Origin: Smithella sp. PtaU1.Bin162
GTDB lineage: Bacteria > Desulfobacterota > Syntrophia > Syntrophales > Smithellaceae
Length of the DNA stretch: 64,000 nt
Direction of reading: 5' to 3'
Assembly: GCA_002068015.1 (NCBI GenBank)
Contig: MVRV01000039.1
Span: forward strand, 755 to 64,754
Both the position numbers and the translations under genes were made by a program. Position 1 is the stretch's first letter, and the number at the start of each line of letters is the position of its first letter. The notes under the pieces were generated by a model that worked only from the letters and a program-made list of their open reading frames with translations, did not search any database and had not been told where the DNA came from. Positions 9,814-22,717 of this stretch are shown here, piece by piece.

Positions 9814-11028
9814 ATGAGAAAAAAGATTTTGGTAGTTGTAAGTATTTTCTTTATGGCCTTGATGCTGGCTGTGCCTTATGGCGTTAAGGCCGAGGACACG
9901 ATTAAGCTTGGTGCAATACAGGCTCTTTCCGGAACATTTAAGGATATCGGCGAACGTTATCTGGAAGGAGCAGTATATGCCGTGCAGGTTATCAATGAAA
10001 ACGGCGGACTCTTGGGCAAGAAGGTGGAAGTCATTCCGATTGATTCGGAATTTAAGCCGGATATTGCTACACGGAAAGCACAAGAATTGATTTTGAAAGA
10101 CGGTGTGAAATTTTTCTACGGTGGTACGGGAAGTGCCGTGGGATTGTCCATGGCTCAGCTTGCGGAAAAAAATAATGTAATCATGTTCACCTGCGATGCG
10201 GATGTTCCCGCCATGACCGGAGTAAAATGCAATAAAAACTTCTTCCGACCCGGTGGACACACGGACAGCCGTTCTTATGCCGTGGCACAATTGACTGCAA
10301 AAATGGGTTACAAGAAAATCGCCATTATTGCCCAGGATTATTCCATGGGACGTGAAGCTGTTGCCGCTTACAAAAGGAAACTTCTGGAGTTGAAACCGGA
10401 CACGCAATTCGTGATCGAAATTTATCATCCGGCAGGAACCAAGGATTATGCTCCTTACGTCAGCAAAATCATTTCGGCAAAACCAGATATGATTTTTACT
10501 CCGAACTGGGGCAATGATATGACACTGCTGCTCAAGCAGGGACGCCCCATGGGAATGAATCAGAAGATTCTTGCTTATTTTATGAATGACGAAGTAACAA
10601 TTCAATCAGTCGCCAACGACAGTTATCTGATCGGCAATATGGGTGCGGAAATCTACGATCTTTCCATCCCTACAAAGAAGAATCAGGAATTTATCGCCAA
10701 ATTTTACAAAGACAAGGGTTATTATCCGACCTGGCTGCGTGGGAAATCTTACATGGCGACAATGTTTTGGGCGGAAGCAGTCAAAAAAGCGGGAACAACG
10801 GATGTCAATGCCGTAATCAAGGCCTGGGAAGGCCTTACTTATGACGGTCCGGCCGGTCTCTGGACAATGCGGGCCTGCGATCATCAGGCTCAGGTGCCTT
10901 ACTGGTATACGGAAATTGTTAAGGAGAACAAATTTTTCAAACATGCTTATGGAAAGCTGACGGGTACGGTTTCCGCCAAGGATGTAGAAGTAACCTGTGA
11001 GGAAACAGGCTGCAAGATGAAGAAATAG
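9814..11028 (+). CDS. ABC transporter substrate-binding protein (LivK/Leu-Ile-Val-binding-like family), orphan
   Basis: Signal peptide MRKKILVVVSIFFMALMLAVPYGVKA. Type-1 periplasmic binding fold sequence. GGGAGG Shine-Dalgarno sequence before the ATG at 9814. No permease or ATPase genes nearby. Confidence 0.8.
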   Translation: MRKKILVVVSIFFMALMLAVPYGVKAEDTIKLGAIQALSGTFKDIGERYLEGAVYAVQVINENGGLLGKKVEVIPIDSEFKPDIATRKAQELILKDGVKFFYGGTGSAVGLSMAQLAEKNNVIMFTCDADVPAMTGVKCNKNFFRPGGHTDSRSYAVAQLTAKMGYKKIAIIAQDYSMGREAVAAYKRKLLELKPDTQFVIEIYHPAGTKDYAPYVSKIISAKPDMIFTPNWGNDMTLLLKQGRPMGMNQKILAYFMNDEVTIQSVANDSYLIGNMGAEIYDLSIPTKKNQEFIAKFYKDKGYYPTWLRGKSYMATMFWAEAVKKAGTTDVNAVIKAWEGLTYDGPAGLWTMRACDHQAQVPYWYTEIVKENKFFKHAYGKLTGTVSAKDVEVTCEETGCKMKK

Positions 11029-11294
11029 AAAGAACAAAATATCTTGCCTGTTAATAATTCTGTCTTTAAAGGCATTCCGGACGTCTCATCGCGCCGGGAT
11101 GCCTTCAGACAATGCATATATAAGCAAAAGAGTTGTTGCTCAAATCTCTTGTGTGCTTACCGGAGAAGTTTTTGATGAATTTCGAATCTTGCTTGTGACG
11201 TTTTTAGAACTTGTCTGCGGTAATTCTTAAAATGACAGATAGTTTTAATGCAAAAGAGGGATGAATTTGCTGTGAGTTTGAAGGAGTTAAAAAA

Positions 11295-12077
11295 GTGGAA
11301 TACAAAACAATTATTTACGAAAAAAAAGATTCGATAGGAACTATTACGTTGAATCGGCCGAAGAGCATGAATGCCTTAAACAGTGTTGTTTTTGGAGAGT
11401 TGAAAATATTATTGAATGAAATCGAGAGAGACGAAACGATTAAAGTCGTGATTATCAGGGGGAATGATGATTTCTTTGCAGCCGGCGCCGATTTGTCCGA
11501 AATAGAAAAGATAGAAACATCGGTTGATGCACATTTGTTTTTCAAGGATGCTCAGGTCGTTTACAATTCTGTAGAAAGTCTGGAGAAACCTGTTATTGCG
11601 GCAATAAGCGGTTTTGCCCTGGGAGGTGGTTGCGAACTGGCATTATCCTGTGATTTCCGAATAGCCGCAGAAAACGCCAAATTCGGCCTGCCGGAACTAA
11701 AGGTCGGTCTCATTCCGGGCGGAGGAGGGACGCAAAGGCTGCCGCGCCTGATCGGTACGGGGCTCGCCAAGGAACTTATTTTCACCGGCGATTTTATCGA
11801 TGCCGGAGAAGCATACCGTATCGGTCTGGTCAATAAAATATTTCCGACAGCTTCTTTAACGGAGGAAGTGAATAAAATCGCCCGGAAGATTGCCCGTCAG
11901 CCCGGTGTCGCCCTGAAGGCTGCGAAGCTTTCCATAAACGGTGGAATCAATATGGATATTAAGTCCGGTGCCGATTATGAAGCCCGTTGCTTTGAGTTGC
12001 TGTTTTCCACAAATGACCGTCGGGAAGGAACGCGGGCGTTTGTCGAAAAGAGAAAACCGGTTTTTATTGATAGATAA
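11295..12077 (+). CDS. Enoyl-CoA hydratase/isomerase (crotonase family)
   Basis: Crotonase fold motifs (FAAGADL, GFALGGGCELAL, GLIPGGGGTQRLPRLIG). GTG start after AAGGAG. Confidence 0.9.
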   Translation: MEYKTIIYEKKDSIGTITLNRPKSMNALNSVVFGELKILLNEIERDETIKVVIIRGNDDFFAAGADLSEIEKIETSVDAHLFFKDAQVVYNSVESLEKPVIAAISGFALGGGCELALSCDFRIAAENAKFGLPELKVGLIPGGGGTQRLPRLIGTGLAKELIFTGDFIDAGEAYRIGLVNKIFPTASLTEEVNKIARKIARQPGVALKAAKLSINGGINMDIKSGADYEARCFELLFSTNDRREGTRAFVEKRKPVFIDR

Positions 12078-12177
12078 CGGAGATTATATGATCAGATTCA
12101 CCGTAAATGTATTCTGAAATTTACGAAGATGAAATGATCTTGGAAAATATTGTAATGAAATTCAGGAGGAACATTTT

Positions 12178-13026
12178 ATGAAAATTACTAAAGTTGCCGT
12201 AATAGGAGCGGGCAGCATGGGCCGTGGTATTGCTCAGGTATCTGCGCAGGCCGGGTATCAGGTAGCTCTTTATGATATGAATAGGGAAGCGTTGAAACAG
12301 GCTTTTGCCAATATTGAGAATATGCTGGGAAAAGCAATTGAACGGAAAAAAATTACGGAGCAGCAAAAAGCGGACACATTGAAACGTATATTGACTCCGG
12401 CTTCTTTAAAAGAAGCATGCGAGGATGCGCAGCTTATTGTTGAGGCCGTATTTGAAAACCTGGAAATAAAGAAAAAAATGTTTTCCGAACTTGATTCCCT
12501 TGCCTCCGATAATGCCATCCTTGCGACCAATACATCTTCGCTTCCGATAACGGCAATCGCTGCGGCAACCAAGAAACCGTCAAGAGTGATCGGCATCCAC
12601 TTCATGAATCCTGTTCCTTTAATGAAAGGTGTGGAAGTTATTCCCGGCCTGGCCACAAGCCCGGATGTAACAAATGCGGCCATGCAATTTGTCGAGAGTC
12701 TGGGAAAAATACCCGCGAAAGCAGTGGATTACCCTGGTTTTATTGCGAGCCGTATTCTTGATGTAATGCTGAATGAAGCAGTTTATGCGGTCATGGACGG
12801 CAACGATCCGGCTGATGTGGATAAGGCGATGAAGGTATGCCTGAACTTCCCGATGGGTCCCCTGGAATTGATCGACCTGGCCGGTCTGGATATACTTCTT
12901 AATGTAATGGAGACAATGCAGAAGGAGCTGGGAGATAAATACAAACCGGCGCCGCTTTTAACAAAAATGGTTCGTGCCGGTTACCTGGGGAGAAAAACAG
13001 GCAGAGGATTTTTTGAGTATAAATAA
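12178..13026 (+). CDS. hbd: 3-hydroxyacyl/3-hydroxybutyryl-CoA dehydrogenase
   Basis: N-terminal Rossmann motif VIGAGSMGRGIA. Typical Hbd C-terminal domain. Confidence 0.9.
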   Translation: MKITKVAVIGAGSMGRGIAQVSAQAGYQVALYDMNREALKQAFANIENMLGKAIERKKITEQQKADTLKRILTPASLKEACEDAQLIVEAVFENLEIKKKMFSELDSLASDNAILATNTSSLPITAIAAATKKPSRVIGIHFMNPVPLMKGVEVIPGLATSPDVTNAAMQFVESLGKIPAKAVDYPGFIASRILDVMLNEAVYAVMDGNDPADVDKAMKVCLNFPMGPLELIDLAGLDILLNVMETMQKELGDKYKPAPLLTKMVRAGYLGRKTGRGFFEYK

Positions 13027-13038
13027 AAGACAACCGCA

Positions 13039-13096
13039 GAAAACAAGCGAAGCGAAGTTTGAAGCGAACGTGGAATTGATCCCGAAGGCGCAGTCC
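13039..13096 (+). repeat. Intergenic repeat, copy B (paralog at 6238-6294)
   Basis: gaaaacaagcgaagcgaagtttgaagcgaacgtggaattgatcccgaaggcgcagtcc. Followed by small hairpins, for example tccggcaaatgccgga. Confidence 0.7.
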
Positions 13097-13264
13097 GGCA
13101 AATGCCGGATGAAGCCATTCCGTGATACGGAGAGTCATACCCCGCTGCGAACTTGCGATTGAAGAAAAACCACTAATAATATGGTACAAATAATCCCCCC
13201 AATACTTCAGGGGCAATGAAGAAAGCGGTTACTTCAGGTATAATAACTATAAGGAGAATTAAAT

Positions 13265-14572
13265 ATGAAATTTCAAAAAAGTAAAAATGATGTGGTATGT
13301 GTCAGCGCAGTTCGTACACCATTCGGCCGTTTTGGAGGAGGTATGCGTGATATGGATATTTACGATCTCGGTTCCGTGCCCATGAAAAATGCTCTGGAAA
13401 GAATCAAACTGGATCCGGCTAAGATAGATGAAGTGTGGTGGGGTAATGGAGATACAAGCAATACGAAGGATCCCTATACTCCGGTTGTGGCCCGCCAGAC
13501 TATGCTTAAAGCCGGTATTCCGCCGGAGGTTCCGTCGGTAACATTTGATCAGGCCTGCATCTCGGCTATGGATGCCGCCAAATACGGCATACGAAGCATT
13601 CTTACCAATGAAGCGAAGATTATTCTCACCGGCGGTTCTACAAGCTTCAGTACAGTGCCTTTCCTGCTCAGAGATATACGCTGGCAGGGCCGAAGGCACA
13701 GTTCTTTTCTGGTGGAAGATCCTCTTATACCTCTCGGCTATAAGGATTATGCACCTGTCGCCGTAGATGCCGGCAATGTTGCTGTAGAGTACGGTGTGAG
13801 CAGGGAGGAGCAGGACGTACTTGCTTATGAGAGTCATATGAAATACGGAAAATCCCTGCAGAGAGGTTTTTTTAAAAACGAGCTTGTTCCTCTGGAAATA
13901 ACAAAAAAGGACAAAAAAGGTAATGTTCTTTCCAGTAAAACCATTGCAATTGATGAGCAGTATCGCTCCGACATCACAATTGAAGCCCTGGCCAAGTTAA
14001 AGCCGGTTTTTAACAATCCGACCTGCACAGCGGGAAACGCACCCGGCATGAACGACGGTGCGTCCGCCCAGATTCTGATGAAGCGGGAAACGGCGGATGC
14101 CTTATCACTGGAAGTTCTTTATACCGTCGTGAATATGTCGTCAATCGGGGCTGCAGCCCGGCTTATGGCTGCGGTGCCGGCCTTTGCCATTAAGAAATGT
14201 CTTGATGAAACCGGCCTGAATATTAGCGATATGAAATATGTTGAAATTAACGAGGCATTTGCCGCGGTTCCTCTGGTTTCTCTCAAACTCCTTTCCAATT
14301 CCCGATTTCTGTCTTCCGCCTATGCCCAGATGGTGAAAGAAGTGGCTTTAAAACCGATTCTGGATAATGATCAGGCGCAATATAATGCTTTAAGAAAAAT
14401 ACTGAATGTAAACGGTGGCGCGATAGCTATCGGACATGCCAATACCGCCACCGGTGCAAGACTGATGATGACGGCTGCTTATAATCTGAAGGAAAACGGC
14501 GGCGGATATGCCGCCTGCGGCATCTGTGGAGGTCTGGCCCAGGGCGCAGGCTGTATTATCTGGGTGGAATAA
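13265..14572 (+). CDS. Thiolase-family acetyl-CoA C-acyltransferase (long form, 435 aa)
   Basis: N-terminal VSAVRTPFGRFGG. Active-site region FDQACISAMDA. C-terminal NVNGGAIAIGHA and CGICGGLAQG. Confidence 0.85.
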   Translation: MKFQKSKNDVVCVSAVRTPFGRFGGGMRDMDIYDLGSVPMKNALERIKLDPAKIDEVWWGNGDTSNTKDPYTPVVARQTMLKAGIPPEVPSVTFDQACISAMDAAKYGIRSILTNEAKIILTGGSTSFSTVPFLLRDIRWQGRRHSSFLVEDPLIPLGYKDYAPVAVDAGNVAVEYGVSREEQDVLAYESHMKYGKSLQRGFFKNELVPLEITKKDKKGNVLSSKTIAIDEQYRSDITIEALAKLKPVFNNPTCTAGNAPGMNDGASAQILMKRETADALSLEVLYTVVNMSSIGAAARLMAAVPAFAIKKCLDETGLNISDMKYVEINEAFAAVPLVSLKLLSNSRFLSSAYAQMVKEVALKPILDNDQAQYNALRKILNVNGGAIAIGHANTATGARLMMTAAYNLKENGGGYAACGICGGLAQGAGCIIWVE

Positions 14573-14716
14573 AATATACATCCGTTCAGCCGGGGATCAG
14601 ATTTGTCTTTATCTGCGACAGTCCGAACAGCTGATTTTCAGCAGCAATGTATTTTCTTCGGCAGGATGAATGAAAAACATGTTTTACCGAAGTGTTAAAA
14701 TGAGGAGGATGCGTAA

Positions 14717-15862
14717 ATGGCTCATATTTACGAAGGAATTAGAATTATTGATTTGACGAATAATCTGGCCGGCCCTTTGACAACGGCGATGCTGGCTGAT
14801 TTCGGCGCGGAAGTGATCAAGGTGGAAAAACCGGTATACGGAGATGATTCCCGGGCCTGGCCGGTTCAGATCGGCGGCGGCAGCAGTTTGTTTGTTCAGG
14901 CCAACCGCGGTAAAAAGTCAATTGTCCTTGATTTCAAAATAGAAGCGGATATGGAAATTCTGCGTAAATTAATAAAAAAATCAGACGTTCTTGTGGAGAG
15001 TTTCAAGCCGGGAGTTATGAGCAAGCATAATTTAACTTATAGTGATTTATGCAAATTGAAACCGGATATTATCATGTGTTCCGTATCCGCTTTTGGTCAA
15101 ACCGGTCCCTACAGAGACCGGCCGGGTTATGACCTTATTGCCCAGGCTATGAGCGGAGTTATGGATTTAACCGGAAACACTGACGGTCCTCCGATGAGAT
15201 TGGGCCCGGCGGTAGCCGATAATACCACCGCCTATCACGCTTTCGGTGCCATCGCATCGGCTTTGTTTCACCGAAGCCGGACCGGTGAGGGGCAATTCAT
15301 AGACGTCTCGCTTCTGGAGTGCATGACGATGCAGATAGATACTTTTGAAGTAGCTTCGGCTGGTCAGTATGTAACCAGAAACGGCAATCATCATAGCGTT
15401 TTGACGCCCTACGGTATCTTCGGCAAAAAATCAGGCAGTATGATGATTGCAGCCTTGAACCCCAAATTGTGGGATATGTTGACCAAACTTATGGGCAGGC
15501 CGGAACTTGCCGATGATCCGAAGTACATCACTGTTGCGGAACGAAACAAGAATGAAAAAGAACTGATACCAATTATAGATGAATGGGTGGATTCATTCGG
15601 TGATCTGGATAGATTGGAAGAACTGCTCATGAAAAACAATATTCCCTGTGCCAAAGTCAGGGCAGTAAAAGATTTAATTGATGACCCACATCTTAATTAT
15701 CGCGGTACATTGGCGGAGGTCGATGTAAATTTTTCGCAGACAGTGCCGAAGCTCAAGATAAGGGGAACGGCAATTAAATTTTCCAAAACACCCGGTAAAC
15801 CCGGAAGTGCACCTGCTCTGGGCCAACATCAGGAAGAGATTCTGCGCTTGCTTGCGGAGTAA
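14717..15862 (+). CDS. Family III CoA-transferase (CaiB/BaiF family)
   Basis: GIRIIDLTNNLAGP..MLADFGAEVIKVE N-terminus. 381 aa. Confidence 0.88.
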   Translation: MAHIYEGIRIIDLTNNLAGPLTTAMLADFGAEVIKVEKPVYGDDSRAWPVQIGGGSSLFVQANRGKKSIVLDFKIEADMEILRKLIKKSDVLVESFKPGVMSKHNLTYSDLCKLKPDIIMCSVSAFGQTGPYRDRPGYDLIAQAMSGVMDLTGNTDGPPMRLGPAVADNTTAYHAFGAIASALFHRSRTGEGQFIDVSLLECMTMQIDTFEVASAGQYVTRNGNHHSVLTPYGIFGKKSGSMMIAALNPKLWDMLTKLMGRPELADDPKYITVAERNKNEKELIPIIDEWVDSFGDLDRLEELLMKNNIPCAKVRAVKDLIDDPHLNYRGTLAEVDVNFSQTVPKLKIRGTAIKFSKTPGKPGSAPALGQHQEEILRLLAE

Positions 15863-16005
15863 AAAATATTCGCAGCCGAAAGGTATTTCCCGATCAGCCG
15901 GTAATCGACAATAGGTTATCTTCAGTCTACGCCAATCATGATATTGGAGGCTGTGATGACGGTGTAGATTTCCTTATTCTACTGTATCGGCAGTAATTTT
16001 TCTGG

Positions 16006-19000
16006 CTATTTCCGGTCCAATTCCTTTCTGACGGCCAGGCCGATTTTTTCCAGGATATAGGGTTTCCGGACAAACTCTCCGGCACCCATGGCCTGGGCGT
16101 CCCTGACCCGCTCGGTTTCGGAAAAGCCGCTGACAATTACCGCCTTTTGACCGGGTTTAATCTCCAGAATTCTTCGGTATGTTTCCAGTCCGTCCATCCC
16201 GGGCTCCATAATCATATCTAAAACCAGCAGGTCCGTTTCTTTGTTTTTGAGGTATTCGATTGCCTCTTCCCCCGAGGCGACGGAATCAACCGAATAGCTC
16301 AGTCTGGAGAGCATGTTCATTGCCAGTTCCCGCTGCTCTTTCACATCATCCACTACCAGAATGGATTCACCCCTGCTCATATAGGCAATGGGAGATACGG
16401 CTTTTTCAGCTTTTGCCGGTTCTTCTCTGGTTACGGGAAAATAGAGTGTGAAGATGGTTCCCTTGCCTTCATCACTTTGTACATCAATATATCCGTTATG
16501 ATCCTTTACCGTCCCCCAGACTACAGCCAGCCCCAAACCCGTTCCGCTTCTGCCCATGACTTTCTTTGTATAAAATGGTTCGAAAATTTTGCCCAGATCA
16601 TTGGCGGAAATGCCGCTGCCGGTATCAGATACCATAAGGACCGCATAGTCTCCTTCCCGCATTGTGTCATACCCGCGGACGGGTTGATCCAGATAGCGGT
16701 TCGCCGTTTTTATCGTCACTTCTCCATGACCGGATATGGATTCCACGGCGTTTAAGATAAGGTTCATAATAGTCTTATTTAAATGTATTGGCGACCCTTT
16801 GATGTTGAGGAGGTTCTCTTCCAGGTTGGTACTGATTTTAACATTCGGATAATAAGATTTCAGCTTTTCAAACTCCGGCGCCCTCAGATAATCACGGACT
16901 AACCTGTTCAGATCGACTACCTCCGCAACATTTACACCTCTTCTGGCCAGAGTTAAAAGGTCCTGGATTATTGCGGATGCTTTCATGCTGGATTGCAGCA
17001 AATTATCGGCGTATTTTATGAGACTGCTGTCTGCCGGCAGTTCTTCCCGGATAAGCTCGGAATATCCAACCAGTATACCCAGAACGTTATTGAGATCATG
17101 GGCAACACCGCCGGCCAAAGTGCCCAGAGCTTCCATCTTTTCGGCCCGATTTACCCGTTCCGCTAATTTTTTATGTTCCGTATTATCGCGGATACACTGA
17201 ATGGCGGCTACTATCTCTCCTTTATCGTCCCGCAGAACAGACGCCGTACCGGCTACATGAATGTTACCGGGCGGCAGGTTCGGCACAAGTGATTCACCCA
17301 AAAGCTTGTCTCCCAACCGCTGAATGTCCGTGTATTGTTTTTCCATTTCCCTGTCCGGATGAAGGGCGTAATCGATAAGAATAGGTCTTCTCTCTCCATA
17401 AAAGGGAAGAGCATATTCGTGATCGCCTTTACCGATCATACTTTCCTTTTTAATGCCGGTCATGGTTTCTATGGCCCGGTTCCAGGCAATGATCCGGCCT
17501 TCCTTATCAATGACAAATGTGGCGTCCGGAAGGAATTCAATAATATCCGAAAATTCTCTCCGGCTTTTTTTCAACGCCTCTTCCGCCTGCTTTCGGCCGG
17601 TGATGTCCCGGACAAAGGCGCAGTAGCCCGATGGATTGTTATTCTCATCCCGAACAAGATAAATAGAGATTTCCACAGGTAATATTGTGCCGTTATTTCT
17701 TGTGAGTTCCTTTTCGTACAGACCGGAATAGCCTCTTTTCAGGACCTGTTCCGATAGAATTTCTTTTTCCCTGGCGGACCAATCAGGTGGTGTAATTTCG
17801 GTAAATTTGAGCGCAAGGATTTCTTCGGTTGTACCTCCGAAGATGTTTTGAAATTCAGTATTAAATTCGATAATTTTACCTTTCATATCAAACATTACCG
17901 ATCCATCGCGAAGATTTTCGTACAATTCACGGTATTTCTTTTCCGAGGCCAGGTGCTTCCGGCTTATTTCCATTATTTCCGCCGTACGTTCCGTAACTTT
18001 CTGTTCCAGATTGCCAATGGCATCCTTAAGCTGCCTTGCCATCAGATTAAATGATTCGGCCAGTTCTCCGATTTCATCTCGACGGTCAATTTCAATGATC
18101 TGAGACCATTCCCCTGCCGCGAGAGCTTTGGAAGCAAGATTCAACTTCAGAATCGGTTTGGTAATCCTTCTGGCGATTATAAATCCGGCAATAATGGTCA
18201 GAATAAGAGCAATTAAACTCAGCAGGATGATATTGCGATGGCTTTCCTTGACCAGGGACATGAAATCGTTTTCGGGAACAATTACGGCGATGAGCCAGTC
18301 AATGCCGCGGCCATCCTGGAAAGGGGTAAAATGGACAAAATATTTTTCCCCTTTTATATCGAGGGAAAATCTCTGGTTTTGGCTGATGCCGGACAAGTCT
18401 CCGAACCGCTCGTATATCAGGCGGGAAGCATGCCTGATCAAAGTGTTTTCGCTTTCCCGGGCGGCAATGCGTTTTTTGTCTGCTGTGGAAGTTGGATCAA
18501 TTGTTGATGTCGCTACCAGCATACCGGAGCGTTCCATAATGAATGTCTGTCCCGATTCGCCAATTTTGAGACTACGCAGGAACTGATTGATGTGGGAAAA
18601 GATAAATGAACTGCCCAGGACACCCTTCGTTTTACCGGTGACTTCATAGAGAGGTTTTGCTGCGGTGATGGTTAATCCTTCGCCGCCGGCATCGACAAAA
18701 ACCGGGCTCCATGTCGGTTTTCCCGCCTGTAGTGCCGCCTTGTACCAGGGCCGGGTTTTATGGTCATAAGAAGGTAGCGTGCTTACGGCTTCGGTACGGT
18801 GACCGCGGGCATCAGTATTGAAATAAAATATTTTTCCTCCGGTCGGTGTTTGGGTCGCAATAATTTGCAAAGTTCCATCGGCAAGCCTCCTTGCTCCCCA
18901 AAAACCTCCCCCGGCAGTGCCAAGATAGGAGTAACTGATGTACTCGAATGACCGCACCTGATTCCAGAAATGGATTTCCAGGGGAGCCACTTTCTTCAGG

Positions 19001-19275
19001 TCTATCTGTCCGGATTCTATGGCGTTGGCATTGATTTCGTTTACCCGATGCGCCCGGTTAAGAAAGAGCATGATCCGGTCCTGTATTTGAGCGGTGGTTT
19101 TGTCCATCAGTTGGCCGGCCATACGATCAATAGCTTTCCCGCTGTTGTAAAAGGAAAAAAAACCCATCAGGATGACTGTTACCAGAATGAGGAAAACAAA
19201 GGGATAGGTCAGAATAGTCTGCAGGGAAGTTCCCGGTTTATGCAGCCCAAGCCATTTAGCAATTCTCTTTGGCAT
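16006..19275 (-). CDS. Hybrid sensor histidine kinase: TM, Cache-like periplasmic domain, TM, HAMP, PAS repeats, HisKA, HATPase and a C-terminal receiver
   Basis: 1089 aa. H-box GGVAHDLNNVLG. ATPase G-boxes DTGSGI and GTGLGLA. Receiver ILVVDD..DLLVLDMIMPGMDG. Confidence 0.9.
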   Translation of the reverse strand: MPKRIAKWLGLHKPGTSLQTILTYPFVFLILVTVILMGFFSFYNSGKAIDRMAGQLMDKTTAQIQDRIMLFLNRAHRVNEINANAIESGQIDLKKVAPLEIHFWNQVRSFEYISYSYLGTAGGGFWGARRLADGTLQIIATQTPTGGKIFYFNTDARGHRTEAVSTLPSYDHKTRPWYKAALQAGKPTWSPVFVDAGGEGLTITAAKPLYEVTGKTKGVLGSSFIFSHINQFLRSLKIGESGQTFIMERSGMLVATSTIDPTSTADKKRIAARESENTLIRHASRLIYERFGDLSGISQNQRFSLDIKGEKYFVHFTPFQDGRGIDWLIAVIVPENDFMSLVKESHRNIILLSLIALILTIIAGFIIARRITKPILKLNLASKALAAGEWSQIIEIDRRDEIGELAESFNLMARQLKDAIGNLEQKVTERTAEIMEISRKHLASEKKYRELYENLRDGSVMFDMKGKIIEFNTEFQNIFGGTTEEILALKFTEITPPDWSAREKEILSEQVLKRGYSGLYEKELTRNNGTILPVEISIYLVRDENNNPSGYCAFVRDITGRKQAEEALKKSRREFSDIIEFLPDATFVIDKEGRIIAWNRAIETMTGIKKESMIGKGDHEYALPFYGERRPILIDYALHPDREMEKQYTDIQRLGDKLLGESLVPNLPPGNIHVAGTASVLRDDKGEIVAAIQCIRDNTEHKKLAERVNRAEKMEALGTLAGGVAHDLNNVLGILVGYSELIREELPADSSLIKYADNLLQSSMKASAIIQDLLTLARRGVNVAEVVDLNRLVRDYLRAPEFEKLKSYYPNVKISTNLEENLLNIKGSPIHLNKTIMNLILNAVESISGHGEVTIKTANRYLDQPVRGYDTMREGDYAVLMVSDTGSGISANDLGKIFEPFYTKKVMGRSGTGLGLAVVWGTVKDHNGYIDVQSDEGKGTIFTLYFPVTREEPAKAEKAVSPIAYMSRGESILVVDDVKEQRELAMNMLSRLSYSVDSVASGEEAIEYLKNKETDLLVLDMIMEPGMDGLETYRRILEIKPGQKAVIVSGFSETERVRDAQAMGAGEFVRKPYILEKIGLAVRKELDRK

Positions 19276-19587
19276 CCTTTGCCTCCATCGATTCTCTGAA
19301 AAAAATGTGTGTTTGTGGTGTGTTGTCTCGATTCTCCAGCCAAGGCGAGATAAGTTGATTTTGCTTTGTCGGTTTGTTCATTAACTTCCGGAATATCAAC
19401 CGTTACTGTTTAAACTTTACATACGGAACGGAGGTATGTCAATTGGCAAGTGCGGAAATCAATGCCTGCCTTTATTGGGAAAAGACTGCCCGTGTTTTTC
19501 TATCTCCTCAAAATTATTTTACCGATGATCAGGAATCCGTCGTTCATAAAGGAAATAATGGTTGGTGAGATCCGGCGGATATTGACA

Positions 19588-19614
19588 CAAAAAAAGGCTT
19601 GCTTGCGCAAGCCC
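19588..19614 (-). terminator. Rho-independent terminator downstream of tRNA-Lys
   Basis: ggcttgc (19596-19602) pairs with gcaagcc (19607-19613). On the minus strand it is followed by a T run (A run 19590-19595 on plus). Confidence 0.65.
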
Positions 19615-19621
19615 TTATTAC

Positions 19622-19696
19622 TGGTGGGTCGTGTGAGGATTGAACTCACGGCCAACGGATTAAAAGTCCGCTGCTCTACCTCTGAGCTAACGACCC
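19622..19696 (-). tRNA. tRNA-Lys (anticodon UUU), CCA encoded
   Basis: The reverse complement GGGTCGTTAGCTCAGAGGTAGAGCAGCGGACTTTTAATCCGTTGGCCGTGAGTTCAATCCTCACACGACCCACCA folds by hand into a cloverleaf. The 7-bp acceptor is GGGTCGT/ACGACCC, the anticodon loop is CTTTTAA and the T-loop is TTCAATC. Confidence 0.9.
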
Positions 19697-19807
19697 GCTC
19701 TTGGTGATTATTTTTGAACGTGCCTCCTTAACAGCTAGTTTGTGCCATGTCAAGAAGAAACTAAGGGAAACTTGGCAATCCGCTCCGAGCCGGTATTTTT
19801 TTCAGTT

Positions 19808-22703
<2,896 letters not shown>

Positions 22704-22717
22704 AACTATTCTCCTTG

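Noticed and set aside
9553-10605. 350-aa ORF on the minus strand
   Set aside because: It lies entirely antisense to the well-supported solute-binding protein gene. The sequence is low-complexity with no recognisable motif or Shine-Dalgarno sequence, so it is a shadow ORF.
6238-13096. Idea that the two 57-nt repeats are a diversity-generating retroelement TR/VR pair
   Set aside because: The mismatches between copies are not adenine-specific (a/g, t/c, c/a, t/a and others). Neither copy lies in a coding region, and no reverse transcriptase is nearby.
12974-13162. 62-aa plus-strand ORF spanning the hbd stop and repeat copy B
   Set aside because: It starts inside hbd in another frame and runs through the repeat. 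No independent support.
19622-19807. tRNA-Lys as an integration site for a genomic island or prophage
   Set aside because: There is no integrase, no direct repeat of the tRNA 3' end nearby, and housekeeping genes (purA, serA, a histidine kinase) lie on both sides.
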